Assembly: GCA_052327205.1 (NCBI GenBank)
Contig: CM126223.1
Span: 49,104,001 to 49,168,000 of the forward strand
DNA: 64,000 bases
Reading direction: 5' to 3'
Source: Somniosus microcephalus
Lineage: Eukaryota
Shown here: piece by piece, positions 38,423 to 49,890 of the stretch
Layout: each line of letters begins with the position of its first letter
How positions within the stretch are numbered: the first letter of the stretch is position 1
Notes under the pieces: generated by a model
What the model was told of the DNA's origin: nothing
What the model saw: the letters and a program-made list of their open reading frames with translations, nothing else
Databases searched by the model: none
Translations under genes and position numbers: made by a program

Positions 38423-38536
38423 GATGTTTTCGACAAAGTGGAGTACCTGAGCTCGTTGGGGAAGTCACAGACAGCGGTGGTGCAGAGAGACGCAGAAATT
38501 GGAGTCGCAGAAGCAGAGAGAGATGCCGGAATACGG
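38423..38536 (+). CDS. FLOT2: Flotillin-2 exon 6, 114 nt
   Basis: gttacAG| ... CGG|GTaacc. [38 protein letters not shown]. Confidence 0.97.
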
Positions 38537-39111
38537 GTAACCACGATTCGTAAATCACCTAAACCGCAGTTTCTGGGGATCAGAGTGGCATTGAGTCTGA
38601 TTGTTTCAGCAGTAGGAGTGTGGTTGGGCGTGGAGACACACGGATGCATAACCCCTGTACATTACTCACTCTTATGTGGTGTCAAAAGCAAAGAATCCAT
38701 GGATCATTTCTTCGAATAGTGTTGAAATGGGCAGGCTTGATTTGTGATGCTTCTGAATGACTTGTAGTGTCCCCTGTAGTAACATTGCCACACGCAAAAT
38801 GACTCGGCTCCCTGGCAATTGTGTACAAGAGGAAAAGTACGAGTTACATACAGTTTCTACCAGTGCTTTGTCCTCATGAACTCCTCAAACAAGTTTGTAT
38901 GAATCACCCTTCATGATTTAGTGGTGTCTGAATCTGTGTTGATGTTTGTCCAGCTTACAAAAGACTGGAGAGCGGCGTGACATGAGGTGCCCGGTTTCAC
39001 CTCTGGCCCTATCCTGTGTATTTTTTCTGCCACCATTCTCCTTTCACACCACCTCCTCTCCTGAAGATGTGGACTTGTCACTTGGGTCCAGCCAATCTCT
39101 GGTATCTCTGC

Positions 39112-39463
39112 TAGGGTTGCCAGCTCTGGTTGGGTGTATTCCTGGAGGTTTCATCAGATGACCTCCACACTCCCGCTATTGGTCTGTCCTCCAGGTGCAC
39201 TGCCTTCTTGCGGCCAATTGGAAAGGGAGCAGACTCTTTCTTACCCAATTGGATTAACCTTGACTGTTAGTGAAACAAACTTTTTCCCCCATCTCCACTA
39301 TTTTTATAGCTAATAAGTGTTCAAAAAATTTGAAAAAAGCACCATTTTTTTTTTTTAACATCCCTGTGATTTTTCTCCCGGGTGTTGCTCGGAGCCGTGT
39401 CCTGGAGATTAATCTTTAATTCCTGGAGACTCCAGGGCAATCCTGGAGGGTTGGCAACCCCTA
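39112..39463. mobile_element. hAT (Blackjack-like) MITE
   Basis: TIRs tagggttgcca / tggcaacc(c)cta; 8-bp TSD atctctgc (39104-39111) / atctcggc (39464-39471), 7/8 match. Confidence 0.85.
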
Positions 39464-40088
39464 ATCTCGGCCAAGTGGCAGTATTTCATGTGCAAGCTTA
39501 GACGGCAAGTGTTGATGGGTAATTCACCCACGGGGGGTGACGGAAGAAAACTACTAGGCACTTGGACTAAGCGTTAAACAAAGCTTTAATCAACTGTTTT
39601 ACAACATGGAGGTCTAGTTGTGTCCTTCACTAGTTCCTGTTAAGAATGTCCTGCGCAAGCTGGGCCCGTGCCCGAGTATTTATACTCTCCCTGGACAGCG
39701 CCACCCGTAGGCTGCTCAGTACTATTTCATAAGTCTTTCTTTCATGAATGACTGATTCATGTCAGGGGGTATAACAGCTGAGCCCTCACCTGATTACTGG
39801 ATAGCAATCAAGGGTGGGAATTCTGCTTCGTTTCCTGTTCTCTCACCCACAGATAATGCGACCACCTACTGTCACACCAGCTGAGACCCGCTAACTCAAC
39901 GTAGACTCAGGATTGTAGCTGGGACCTTGTACGGCTCAATGATTTACAATGTTAACCATTTAAGCCATTCATGTTGACTTGCTAAACACTATATTTGTGT
40001 TGTCATTCAGTGCCTGAGTTTCGTTGCATCGTGGACCGGCAGATCCTGTTTATACTTTTTGTTTTTTCTCCATCCCCAAAATCCATAG

Positions 40089-40208
40089 GAAGCTGAATGC
40101 AAGAAGGAAACCATGGATGTTAAGTACAGTGCTGACACCAAGATGGCTGACTCCAAGCGAGCGTTCGAAATGCAGAAGGCAGCCTTTAATCAGGAGATAA
40201 ATACAAAG
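40089..40208 (+). CDS. FLOT2: Flotillin-2 exon 7, 120 nt
   Basis: ccatAG| ... AAG|GTaggt. EAECKKETMDVKYSADTKMADSKRAFEMQKAAFNQEINTK. Confidence 0.97.
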
Positions 40209-40374
40209 GTAGGTGTTTTGTTTGTTCAACAGGCTGTGGGTGAAGTGCTGCAGGCCACTCACACGCCCAATGGCAAATGGAGCCATTCAACATGAGATCA
40301 GGGAGCCCTCGGCAAACTGGAAAATATTGAGTCTTAACGGCAGCGCAGAGCATTGGGCCGGGGTTTGTCTGTTA

Positions 40375-41572
40375 CATCGAGTCTACAGCACAGAAACAGG
40401 CCATTCGGCCCAACAGATCCGTGCCGACGTTTATGCTCCACACGCGCCTCCTCCCACCCTTCCTCATCTCACCCTATCAGCATAGCCTCCTATCCCTTTC
40501 TCCCTCATGTGTTTATCCAGCTTACCCGTAAATGCACCCATGCTATTCGCCTCAACCACTCCCTGTGGTAGCGAGTTCCACATTCTCACCACTCTCTGGG
40601 TAAAGAAGTTTCTCCTGAATTCCCTATTGGGTTTATTAGTGACTATCTTATATTTATGGCCCCTAGTTTTGATCTCACCCGCAAGTGGAAACATCTTCTC
40701 TACGTCTACCCTATCAAACCATTTCATAATCTTAAAGACCTCGATCAGGTCCCCCCTCAGCCTTCTCTTTTCTAGAGAAAAGAGCCCCAGCCTGTTCCGT
40801 CTTTCCTGATCGTTATAACCTCTCTGTTCTGGTATCATCATTGTGAATCTTTTTTGCACCTTCTCCAATGCCTCTATATCCTTTTTATAATATGGAGACC
40901 AGAACTGTGCACAGCAAGGAAGTTATGATGAACCTGTATAAAACACTGGTTCAGCCTCAACTGAAGTATTGTGTCCAGTTCTGGACACCGCACTTTAGGA
41001 AGGATGTGAAGGCCTTAGAGAGGGTGCAGACAAGATTTACAAGAATGGTTCCAGGGATGAGGGACTTCAGTTATGTGGATAGACTGGAGAAGCTGGGGTT
41101 GTTCTCCTTAGAGTAGAGAAGGTTGAGAAGAGATTTGATAGAGGTGTTCAAAATCATGAGGGGGCTAGACAGAGTAGATAGAGAGAAACTGTTCCCATTG
41201 GGGTCGAGAACCAGAGGACACAGATTTAAGGTGATTGGCAGAAGAACCAAAGGCAACATGAGGGAAAACTTTTTTACGCAGTGGTTATGATCTGGGTTGC
41301 ACTGCCTGAAAGGGTGGTGGAGGCAGATTCAATCATGACTTTCAAAAGGGAATTGGATAAGCACCTGAAGTAAAAAAAAAAAAATTAAAAAAAAATTAAT
41401 TGCAGGGCTATGGGGAAAGGGCGGGGGAGTGGGACTAGCTGAAGTGCTCTTGCAGAGAGACGGCACGGGTTCGACGGGCCGAATGGCCTCCTGTGCTGTA
41501 ACCATTGTATGATTCAGTACTCTTGAGTGTGGTCTAACCAAGGTTTGATACAAGTTGAACGTAACTTCTCTG
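40375..41572 (-). mobile_element. CR1 3' fragment (minus) with a second CR1 (plus, about 40914-41514) nested inside
   Basis: Outer element ...gaccagaactgtgcacag resumes as cagtactcttgagtgtggtctaacc at about 41515; the inner element encodes KEVMMNLYKTLVQPQLKYCVQFW...LEKLGLFSLE and ends in a CR1 tail. Confidence 0.85.
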
Positions 41573-42221
41573 TAATTCTCTGTAGTTGGACTCCACGTGT
41601 CAGCCTTGCCATGTGGGAGATGCCAAGTGCAAGAAGAAAATGGGAACGGTCATACAGTGACATGAAGGGGCCATCCTGATCCTCGGGGCAGGGCAGAGGA
41701 GAGCAGTGAGGCTAATCCAAGAGTCAAAGGAAGAGCTGTGAGGATCAGCTTGATAAGCTCTGAAGGGAATGTTGAGGGACATGACTGGATACAAGATACT
41801 CAGCGGTTTCTCGAAACCAAACCTAAAACAATACTTTGATATCAGGGCAACAGAACAAGCGAGGGTACAGGTTCAAGGGGTTTGAGTGGCAAATTTAGGA
41901 GGGGCGTTGAGAAGTATTTCTTTACACAGAGATTAATCATCAAATTGGAACGAATTCCCTAGAATCGTGGTTGAGACCAAGGCACGAGATTTGTTCAGGG
42001 GAAACGGAGATGCTGTACTGGGAAGGCAAACTTTTTTCATTTTCAGAGACAATTTCTGCTTGTTTCTTGCACAGAATGATAGTACTGTAATTGGAAGTCC
42101 CAGTTTCCATTATTCTCAAAAAAGCTGCTTTTTATAAAACCGTGGGAATTAAAGCTTTAGAGGCACTGTGTGGGTCAAGCTATTGTAATGCTTTGTATTG
42201 CATTTTCTTGGCTGTGCTTAG

Positions 42222-42436
42222 AAAGCAGAGGCTCAGCTGGCTTATGAGCTGCAGGGAGCCAAGGAACAGCAGAAAATCCGACAGGAAGAAATAGAGATCG
42301 AGGTGGTGCAGCGCAAGAAGCAGATCGACATCGAGGAGAAAGAAATCATTCGTATGGACAAGGAGCTGATCGGGACGGTGAAGAGACCGGCAGAAGCGGA
42401 GGCCTTCAGAATCCAGCAGATTGCAGAAGGGCAAAA
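42222..42436 (+). CDS. FLOT2: Flotillin-2 exon 8 (coiled-coil flotillin domain), 215 nt
   Basis: gtgcttAG| ... CAAAA|GTacgt. KAEAQLAYELQGAKEQQKIRQEEIEIEVVQRKKQIDIEEKEIIRMDKELIGTVKRPAEAEAFRIQQIAEGQ(K). Confidence 0.97.
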
Positions 42437-43744
42437 GTACGTGAGCCTCCCTGATGTGCTTCATGTCCCCATAACTCTTAACTGCTGTTACCCAGTATAA
42501 TTATCGTACGTTAATGAAATTACATTGTGCAGCTGTTATCTTGGCAGAAGAAATAGCTGTAAGATGGGATGGATTTTTCCACATGCTGTTCAGTAGTGGA
42601 ATGTGATTCTCACACAGACGCACACACACACACACGTGTTCCATATCCCTTAATGCTTGCACTGCGACCACCTCACCTTGTGTTTTATAACATTGATCCT
42701 AATTAGTGCTGAATATTTATCCTTTAAAGCGGAATCTTTGAACATTTAACCAGGTGATGAATGTAAAAGACTTGCGTTCATGCCAGCATTCTATCCTTCC
42801 CCTCCGAGACATCTCAAAGGGCCACCCGCGCAATGTATTACTTTTGAAGTACGGTCACAGGTGAGGTCGACATATCTTTGAAAATGCTAGAGAAAGGATT
42901 ATTAAGTTGACACTCAATGAGCAGTGGGACACTGCTTCAAACTCCTCCAAAAACCTGTTTGGAGGTACAGCTCGCACATCACACTCCACACAGCAGATTC
43001 AATGTGGGAAAATAGACTCAATAGAAAACCAAAAGGTACATTTTAAACCTCAAGATAATGGCTAAGGTCATTCCCTGAGATCACCATCACTCTCCATCCC
43101 CGCTGCAACTCGCCATGATAAACCATCATCGAATGAGTTTGCAAAGGCCCTCAGTAATGTCTCTTCCCTTGAACCATGCGTTTGTTTCCAGGAGGCAGAG
43201 CCATACATAACTGCTTGGGGACCGAGAGAGCAGAACCTTGTCATGCTCAAACTTTCGCACAGGCAAGCATGGGCAACGTTGTCCATTTAAAGGCCATGCC
43301 TGTTGATATAAATCATGTATTGGTGAATAATAAATGACCAGAGTCCATGGCCAGCTTGGAATATCCAGCCGGAAGGGTTTTACTTTGTTCCTGACCTGAT
43401 ATCTTTGTAGAAACGGATTAGCTTTCAGGTAAACTGACTTCTGTGACTGCACTAACCTGGATTCGTTCCCTATGTATAATCCAGAATTGACACCTGGCCT
43501 GAATTGGCCAGAGTTCCATATAATTGAATGTGGGGCAGGGAGGAAATAGGTGTTCCTTTTCTCCCCTTCTCTTACACCCCCACCGCCATGCACCCTCCCC
43601 GCCCCGTCCCCCCACCTCTCTTGGACCTGTATACAAACAGTTTGGGCATATGCCCAAATTTTTTCTTAAATAATTCAAAATCTCATCACTTGCACCATAG
43701 TCAAATCTTTTGTTTACAACCTGCGTATCTGCAATTTGAATTCT

Positions 43745-44115
43745 ACGTGGTTGTGGATTCAAGTCCCACTCCAGAGACTTGAGCACAAAATCCAGACTGA
43801 CACTCCAGTGGGGTGCCGCACTGTCGGAGGTGCCGTCTTTCGGATGAGACATTAAACCGAGGCCCTGTCTGCTCGCTCGGGGACGTATAAGATCCCATGG
43901 CCACTATTTCGAAGAAGAGCAGGGAATTTCTCCCTGGTGTCCTGGTCAATATTTAGCCCACATTAATCAACACCACTAAAACAAAGTATCTGGTCATTAT
44001 CATGTTGCTGTTTGTGGGAGCTTGCTGTGCACAAATTTGCTGCCGCGTTTCCTACATTACAACAGTGACTACTCTTCATTGGCCTGTAAAGCGCTGTGGG
44101 GCGTCCTGAGGTGGT
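43745..44115 (+). mobile_element. SacSINE1/DeuSINE-like SINE
   Basis: B box gattcaagtccc, body ggaggtgccgtctttcggatgagac..., tail gtaaagcgctgtggggcgtcctgagg; ends about 70 nt before exon 9. Confidence 0.8.
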
Positions 44116-44183
44116 GATTTTGCTTTCCTATTTGGTCACTCTTGCTGCCACGGTTCTCTTTATCTCTCTCGTTTTTTTTGCAG

Positions 44184-44367
44184 AGTGAAACAAGTGCTGA
44201 CCGCCCAGGCTCAAGCTGAAAAGATCCGCAAGATCGGCGAGGCAGAAGCTTCTTCTATATCGGCTATCGGAAAAGCCGATGCTGAGAAAATGAGATTGAA
44301 GGCAGCAGCTTACCGGCAGTATGGAAACGCAGCCAAGGTGTCGCTGGTGCTGGAAGCTCTTCCGAAG
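44184..44367 (+). CDS. FLOT2: Flotillin-2 exon 9, 184 nt
   Basis: ttttttgcAG| ... AAG|GTaacc. VKQVLTAQAQAEKIRKIGEAEASSISAIGKADAEKMRLKAAAYRQYGNAAKVSLVLEALPK. Confidence 0.97.
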
Positions 44368-45289
44368 GTAACCTGGCGGGTTTTAAAGATGATGAAGCAC
44401 TCTTAATTGCCATCCGTAATCACACCGTCGTGGAGAGAGTGAACGGAGAGTGAATTGTGGAAAAACTTTCTGCTTGATTGGTGAACCAGTAACGAGGAGG
44501 GGGTCAGAGTGATCACTAAAGCAACGAAGGAGGATCACTGGACGTGCTTCTATCACACAGGGTTTTTGGAACATGTGGCCATTGAGGGAGAGATGGCAAT
44601 ATAACTTCAGAGGGAATTGGAGATGCATTTGAGAAGGAAGACTATAAAAGGAAACGGGGAGTGTCAGAGAAGTAGAATTAGAGTAAAAGAGCTGGCACTT
44701 GCAAATTGTAAATTCTATGAGTTTATAAAATCTCTGCCTTGCCTGTTATTGCATCTTCTAGCTGCCTGGCTCTGCCATCTCGATAGGCCTTTTGGTGTCC
44801 CTAACGATATTGGATTGCTGTTCATCAGCCCTGGTCGGAGTCGTAGGGGTAAACTTTACGAGCGTGCACTCCCAGTACAAAGCTTTGTACGCTGGCAGTG
44901 CGTGTTGGAAATTTGGGCCGGACATTGGGGCACTGCAGGAATTCCATCCATTGATTTCAATCCCGGTCTCCCGGCCCAAGTTCCTCATATATGCACTCAG
45001 TGCGTGAGCCTCCAGGCAGGAAGTACCGATTCACAAAATCCACCCCGATGTGCTTAAACCACCAGTCTCTTGCTTGGGTGAGTTTAACTCCCAGCTGCAG
45101 CTGTAGTCTTTGGCACTGAGGCGGTAGGGGGGCTAATCGAACGAATATGGATGCTCGCGAAAGGGAAATGGGAAATTGCTCACAAAATATCTGGATTAGT
45201 CTAATGATGGGAGTGAGGGGGCAGGGGGAGGGCATTTATTTTGTCCTAATGTCGTTCCTTTGTAATCGTGGTGAACTGTCTCTCTCCAG

Positions 45290-45439
45290 ATTGCTGCCAA
45301 AGTAGCAGCTCCTCTTGCCAAGACAGATGAAATAGTGATTCTCGGAGGAGATAGTAACCGCGTTACGTCGGAGGTCACTCGCTTATTGGCAGAGGTCCCT
45401 GCCTCTGTCCACGCTATCACGGGAATCGATCTCTCAAAG
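45290..45439 (+). CDS. FLOT2: Flotillin-2 exon 10, 150 nt
   Basis: tctctccAG| ... AAG|GTcagt. IAAKVAAPLAKTDEIVILGGDSNRVTSEVTRLLAEVPASVHAITGIDLSK. Confidence 0.97.
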
Positions 45440-45908
45440 GTCAGTGCCGTGCTTCTTTCTTGCACTTGAGTAATTCTATGTTGTAATATAAACACTTCTG
45501 TTCAATTAACCAGCAAGTGTTTCTGTACGTTTGGAATAACTTCTCCTGAGCCAATCATTCAATCAGATATGTCATAGTTACGGTTTTATTAAGGGAATAT
45601 GCCAAAGTGAGGCCTGTGGAAATTGGAACCTAGTGCGGACCTTGCTCTGTGTATCCTAGCTCGGCTCGGGTCAGGTCAGCTCAGCGACAGCACTTTTGCC
45701 TCTTGAGTGAGAAGGCTATGAGTTCAAGCTCCACTCCAGAACGTGAAGCGCTTTATCTGGACTGACACTTCAAATGAGGTACTGAGGGAGCGCTGTATTT
45801 TTTTTGGAGGTGCCGTCCTTTAAATTAAACGATAGGCCCTATCACATGTTCAGGTGGGTGTCAAAGATCTCCTTGCACTATTTGAAGAGGAGCAGGGCGT
45901 TCTCCTAT

Positions 45909-46335
45909 AATAAAAACAGAAAATGCTGGAAACACTCAGCCGGTCAGGCAGCATTTCTGGAGAGTTAGCGTTTCCAGTCGATGACCTTTCGTCAGAACTG
46001 GAACAGCTTAGAGATGTAACAGGTATTCAGCAAGTACAGAGGGCAGGGAAAGTGGGGAGGGGGGGGCGGGTGGAGGAAAGAACAAAAGGGAAGGTCTGTG
46101 ATCGGGTGGAAGGCAGGAAAGAGTAAATGACACAAGGGATGGTGATGCGAAGTGAAAGGAGATGGTAATGGAACAAGTAAAGAAACAAAAGATGAGTCTA
46201 GAGGAGGTGTAAATGGGAATGGCAGAATCATCAGCAACAGCTGCCGTCCGAAAAAATGGGAGCGGTGGTTATGATCTGAAATTGTTGAACTCGGTGAGTT
46301 CGGAAAGCTGTAAATTGCCGAATAGGAAGATGGCA
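45909..46335 (-). mobile_element. Penelope-like fragment
   Basis: aaaacagaaaatgctggaaacactcagc... terminus; minus strand CTGACGAaaggtcatcgactgGAAAcgct; purine-rich body. Confidence 0.65.
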
Positions 46336-46447
46336 GTCCCTTAATAACTGGCAGCAGGAGTTGAAACAGCGTCCATACAATCATAACCCAGAGGATTGGT
46401 GCCAGGCTATCGTTCTCTCTCAGTATTACATTCTCTTTCTTTTCTAG

Positions 46448-46486
46448 GTTCCTTTGTTCCAAAATTTAACCAACAGTCAGACCTGA
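46448..46486 (+). CDS. FLOT2: Flotillin-2 terminal coding exon 11 (39 nt to TGA)
   Basis: Long pyrimidine tract then ttctAG|GTT CCT TTG TTC CAA AAT TTA ACC AAC AGT CAG ACC TGA = VPLFQNLTNSQT*, the same length as the human C-terminus IPLIKKATGVQV*. Exons 3-11 sum to 1156 nt, giving 428 aa if exons 1-2 contribute 131 coding nt as in human. Confidence 0.88.
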   Translation, partial: VPLFQNLTNSQT

Positions 46487-49400
46487 TCATCAAAAAGCCA
46501 CAACAAAATCAGGATGTTTGTCCATAGAAAGTACTATTCCACAGACCTCCACCTCAGAACACTTGTATAAGGAACTCCTTTTCTAATGACAACTTGTGCG
46601 ATTGTTTTCTCTCTTTTTTAATTTTAGTTTTGTTTTTCTTTAAAACCTCTGGTGCCTTAATTTAATCCGGATCAGAAATTCAGCGTACAACGAGCATTTT
46701 TTTTTCACTTTTTAAATCCAAACTTTCAAGAATTGTTTTTTTTTTTCATTTGTTGATATTCAATCTTTGCATTAAGAATAAAACAGATTCTAATGTCCAT
46801 GTTGCAGGTTGTCTGCAGCCGAATTGTTCGGCTGTGCGGAAAGTTAGCTTTTTAAGTCTTCCTTTCCGCGCTCCCCCCTCCCTCATTTTGCCTCCTGATT
46901 TTAATGCCAGTGCCAATACCGACCCCAACCCAGCCCGCTCCTGGAGTTGGGATGTCTGGTCGTGGCCACCGAGGTGTCAACAACTGCCAGTGATGGTGAG
47001 AGGCGCCATTTCATCGAATCTTGCAGCACAAGAGGGGCCATTCGCCCCGTCGTGCCTATGCTGGCTCTTTGCAAGATTTGGAGCAGGAACAAGCTGATCG
47101 ATGTCGGCTTCCCATTTTCACATGGAGTTCCCAAATACCTAAACTTAAATTCCCACTAAACTTCAAATGACGGTGCCTTTCTGGCTCTGAGGTGTTTTTT
47201 TTTATTTAAACCAGTCCCCTGGGCATTCCCAGATCTAGATGACGGACCCTGCAACATGGACACCGACATAGCAGAGGATGACGAGTACTAAAAGCCATAG
47301 GTAACTCCAGCAGCTGTGACGTGTTTCTGCTGCAGGAATGTCACTGGTTTGGTGCGATCATGTAAAGAGAGTTTACTGATGCTGGATGTTTTTCTAAACG
47401 ATTCTGTTGTGTCCCAAGATAGGAGAGAATTGATTTGTCTTGGTGATGTGTGGAGGATATTTTCCGATGTTCTGCTGGTGGGTATTGGGGTGTGCCGCTT
47501 GGCTCGAGGCACCATGTGAACTTATATATTAAAATGTGCAATCTTATTTTAAAACTAAAAGTCACTGCAGAGTTTGGTACAGGGTACACAACCTACAGGA
47601 ATAAAGTTTATAAAAAGAATAACTATTTTGTCTTTGCTGTTGAATGTCCCGTGTGTTGTATATGTGGCTAAATCACACGTGCGCACCTCAATATGGTCTC
47701 CAGTGGGGTTAGACATCGACTTTAAAAATGTCCTCTACACACCAGCGATCAAATATCCCTTTCGCTCTTCACTGTGGGGGGGATGCTTATGAGCACAAGC
47801 ACAAGTGATCGGTTACTGGCTTTTGCGGAAGTGGAACTGCAGCAGAAATGCACCTTCACTGTTAGAGGACTAATTCTGCCGGTGTGAATTCCTCAGTCAA
47901 GGAAATGGCTCATTACCAATAATTGTCCAATCGTCAGATGCAGCCAGGAAACAAATTGACTTCTGTGCCCTCGCCCTGTATCCTAAATGCATGCTCGCCG
48001 CCCACCGTTCCTCGTCCAGATTGCTGGACAGCAGGATAACTCCCCAAGACATTTGCCATAGCCTCTTGGAACCAGCCGCTGTGTCTTGGGTGAAGGTGGC
48101 AATATATGACTTGTCCTTCCTCCCTTCCCTACATCAGAGACTTGCCAAGTGGCGGTGCAGCTTGTCAGTGTATCAGCGCACTGTTCCATTAATGCTGCCA
48201 TGCCAAAGAGCATGTTTAAACTGGAGGTGAACCCACCTGTGGAGTACAGACTATTGCACCAGCGACGGTGCGTTGGCAGTACCTTCACCTTACTCTCCAT
48301 GTTCTTTTTCTAAAGAGAAATTGATGGAACTTAGAATATGGGACCATTTGAGTTCATTTACTCTCGTGTTCACTGGCTGCAGAAGCAATACCTGGTGTCA
48401 TGACGTCCCTGATGGACTAGGGAGCACTGTGCACAGAATGGACTGTTAGTGATATTGAGCCTCATCAGATCTGGGTTTTCATTACCACGAGGAGTTAACT
48501 ATTGACAACCAACCCAGAATACAAAGAGGGTACTCTAACTGCTGAAGGGGTGCAGGTTCTCCACAGAGCGTGATGCAAACTCCTCACTAAATATTGTTTG
48601 TTCAGTTTACGAAAATTCTTAAGTTCAACTGAAAAAGATGGAAATCACAGTGTGAGCGAGCTTGTATGAAATTCATTTGTAGGCTGCATTTATTTTAAAC
48701 GAATCATTGGCTTTGTTGAAACAGCAGTGTAATCTCATACAAATGAGTTAACTATTGGTTACTGTGCATGCCGCAGTGTGATTTCAACCCGCCTCCCCGG
48801 TACAAGTCGTTGCATGGTGGTTAAGTTATCGATTGTGACATAATATGCAAATTCTGGAATGCAGTGTAAACTTTTCTTTGCTCCGCAAGCCCGTGTCGAT
48901 CCCAGTCATTGTACGCCACCGCTTGCGGTACAAATCACACGTCCGAGGACCCGATCGGTGCTGTCACATGTTCCTGTTTTACAAAATGTGTTCCGGAAAC
49001 AGAAGCCTTAATTCACATCTCAATCATAATGGGGGAAAAAATCATTTTAGCAGAGTTCGATTGACGTACGTTTTTTATTTTCCATGTACTGTGAAGGACC
49101 TTTTTAAGAATCAATCCCTCTGTCAGGTAACTCTGCCTTGCCCAATTCTGAGGGTTTCTTGTTGTGTTCCATTTTCTTCCTTATCCCTTGTACAGTCAGG
49201 ATTAGCATCCTTAATGTGGCTTTCCGCTCTGTTAATTAGATTTATAACTGATAGAGTTTAGTTCTGGGCGGGACAAAGAAGGTGGTTTATTTTCTTGCTG
49301 GTGAAGGTAAGGTAGGGACTGACTATTTTAACAGTCACTACAAACGTGTGGGGGGGCGGGAAATCTGTCGGGGCGTTTGAAACGTACGGCGAAAGGTTTG

Positions 49401-49890
49401 GGGTTGCACTTCCGTGAAGAAGGTCCAGATGGGCTTTGACATTGGAGTTAAGACTCCGGGTGAATGAGGAAATCCGGGACTAATGCTGAGCCAATGGGAG
49501 ACTGTTAACTGGACAGTGGCACTGCCTTAAACAGGCCCATAGAATTGGCCACAATGTATAGACGGCTGTAACCATCTCCTTTTTAAAAAAAAAAAAAAAA
49601 AAAGTTTTTAAAATTTTATCTCATTTTCTTTACCTGCCAAAAATGATTTTGCTTCAATGCAGTTGATGAAGCTGTTTGAATGAATCAAAATTCATGGGTT
49701 TAAAAAAAACTAAAAACAAATAAGTAGAAAAATGTATATTTACTATGTACTCTATCCGTTCTATAGATTTAGTGATACCATTATGTATGCAATACTAGGT
49801 AATTGTTCATGTCATCTGTTTTTGAAATGCAATTGCATCCGTTGTAATCACCACACAGTGAAATATTATAAATGCTGACGGGTGGGCTTA
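46487..49890 (+). other. FLOT2: Putative FLOT2 3' UTR (end uncertain)
   Basis: Follows the stop codon, is TE-poor and has AU-rich blocks. AATAAA at 46777-46782, 47600-47605 (followed by U/GU-rich sequence) and 51460-51465. The real end needs RNA data. Confidence 0.5.
47600..47605 (+). terminator. Candidate polyadenylation signal AATAAA
   Basis: AATAAA followed about 20 nt later by ttttgtctttgctgttg (U/GU-rich downstream element). Confidence 0.4.
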
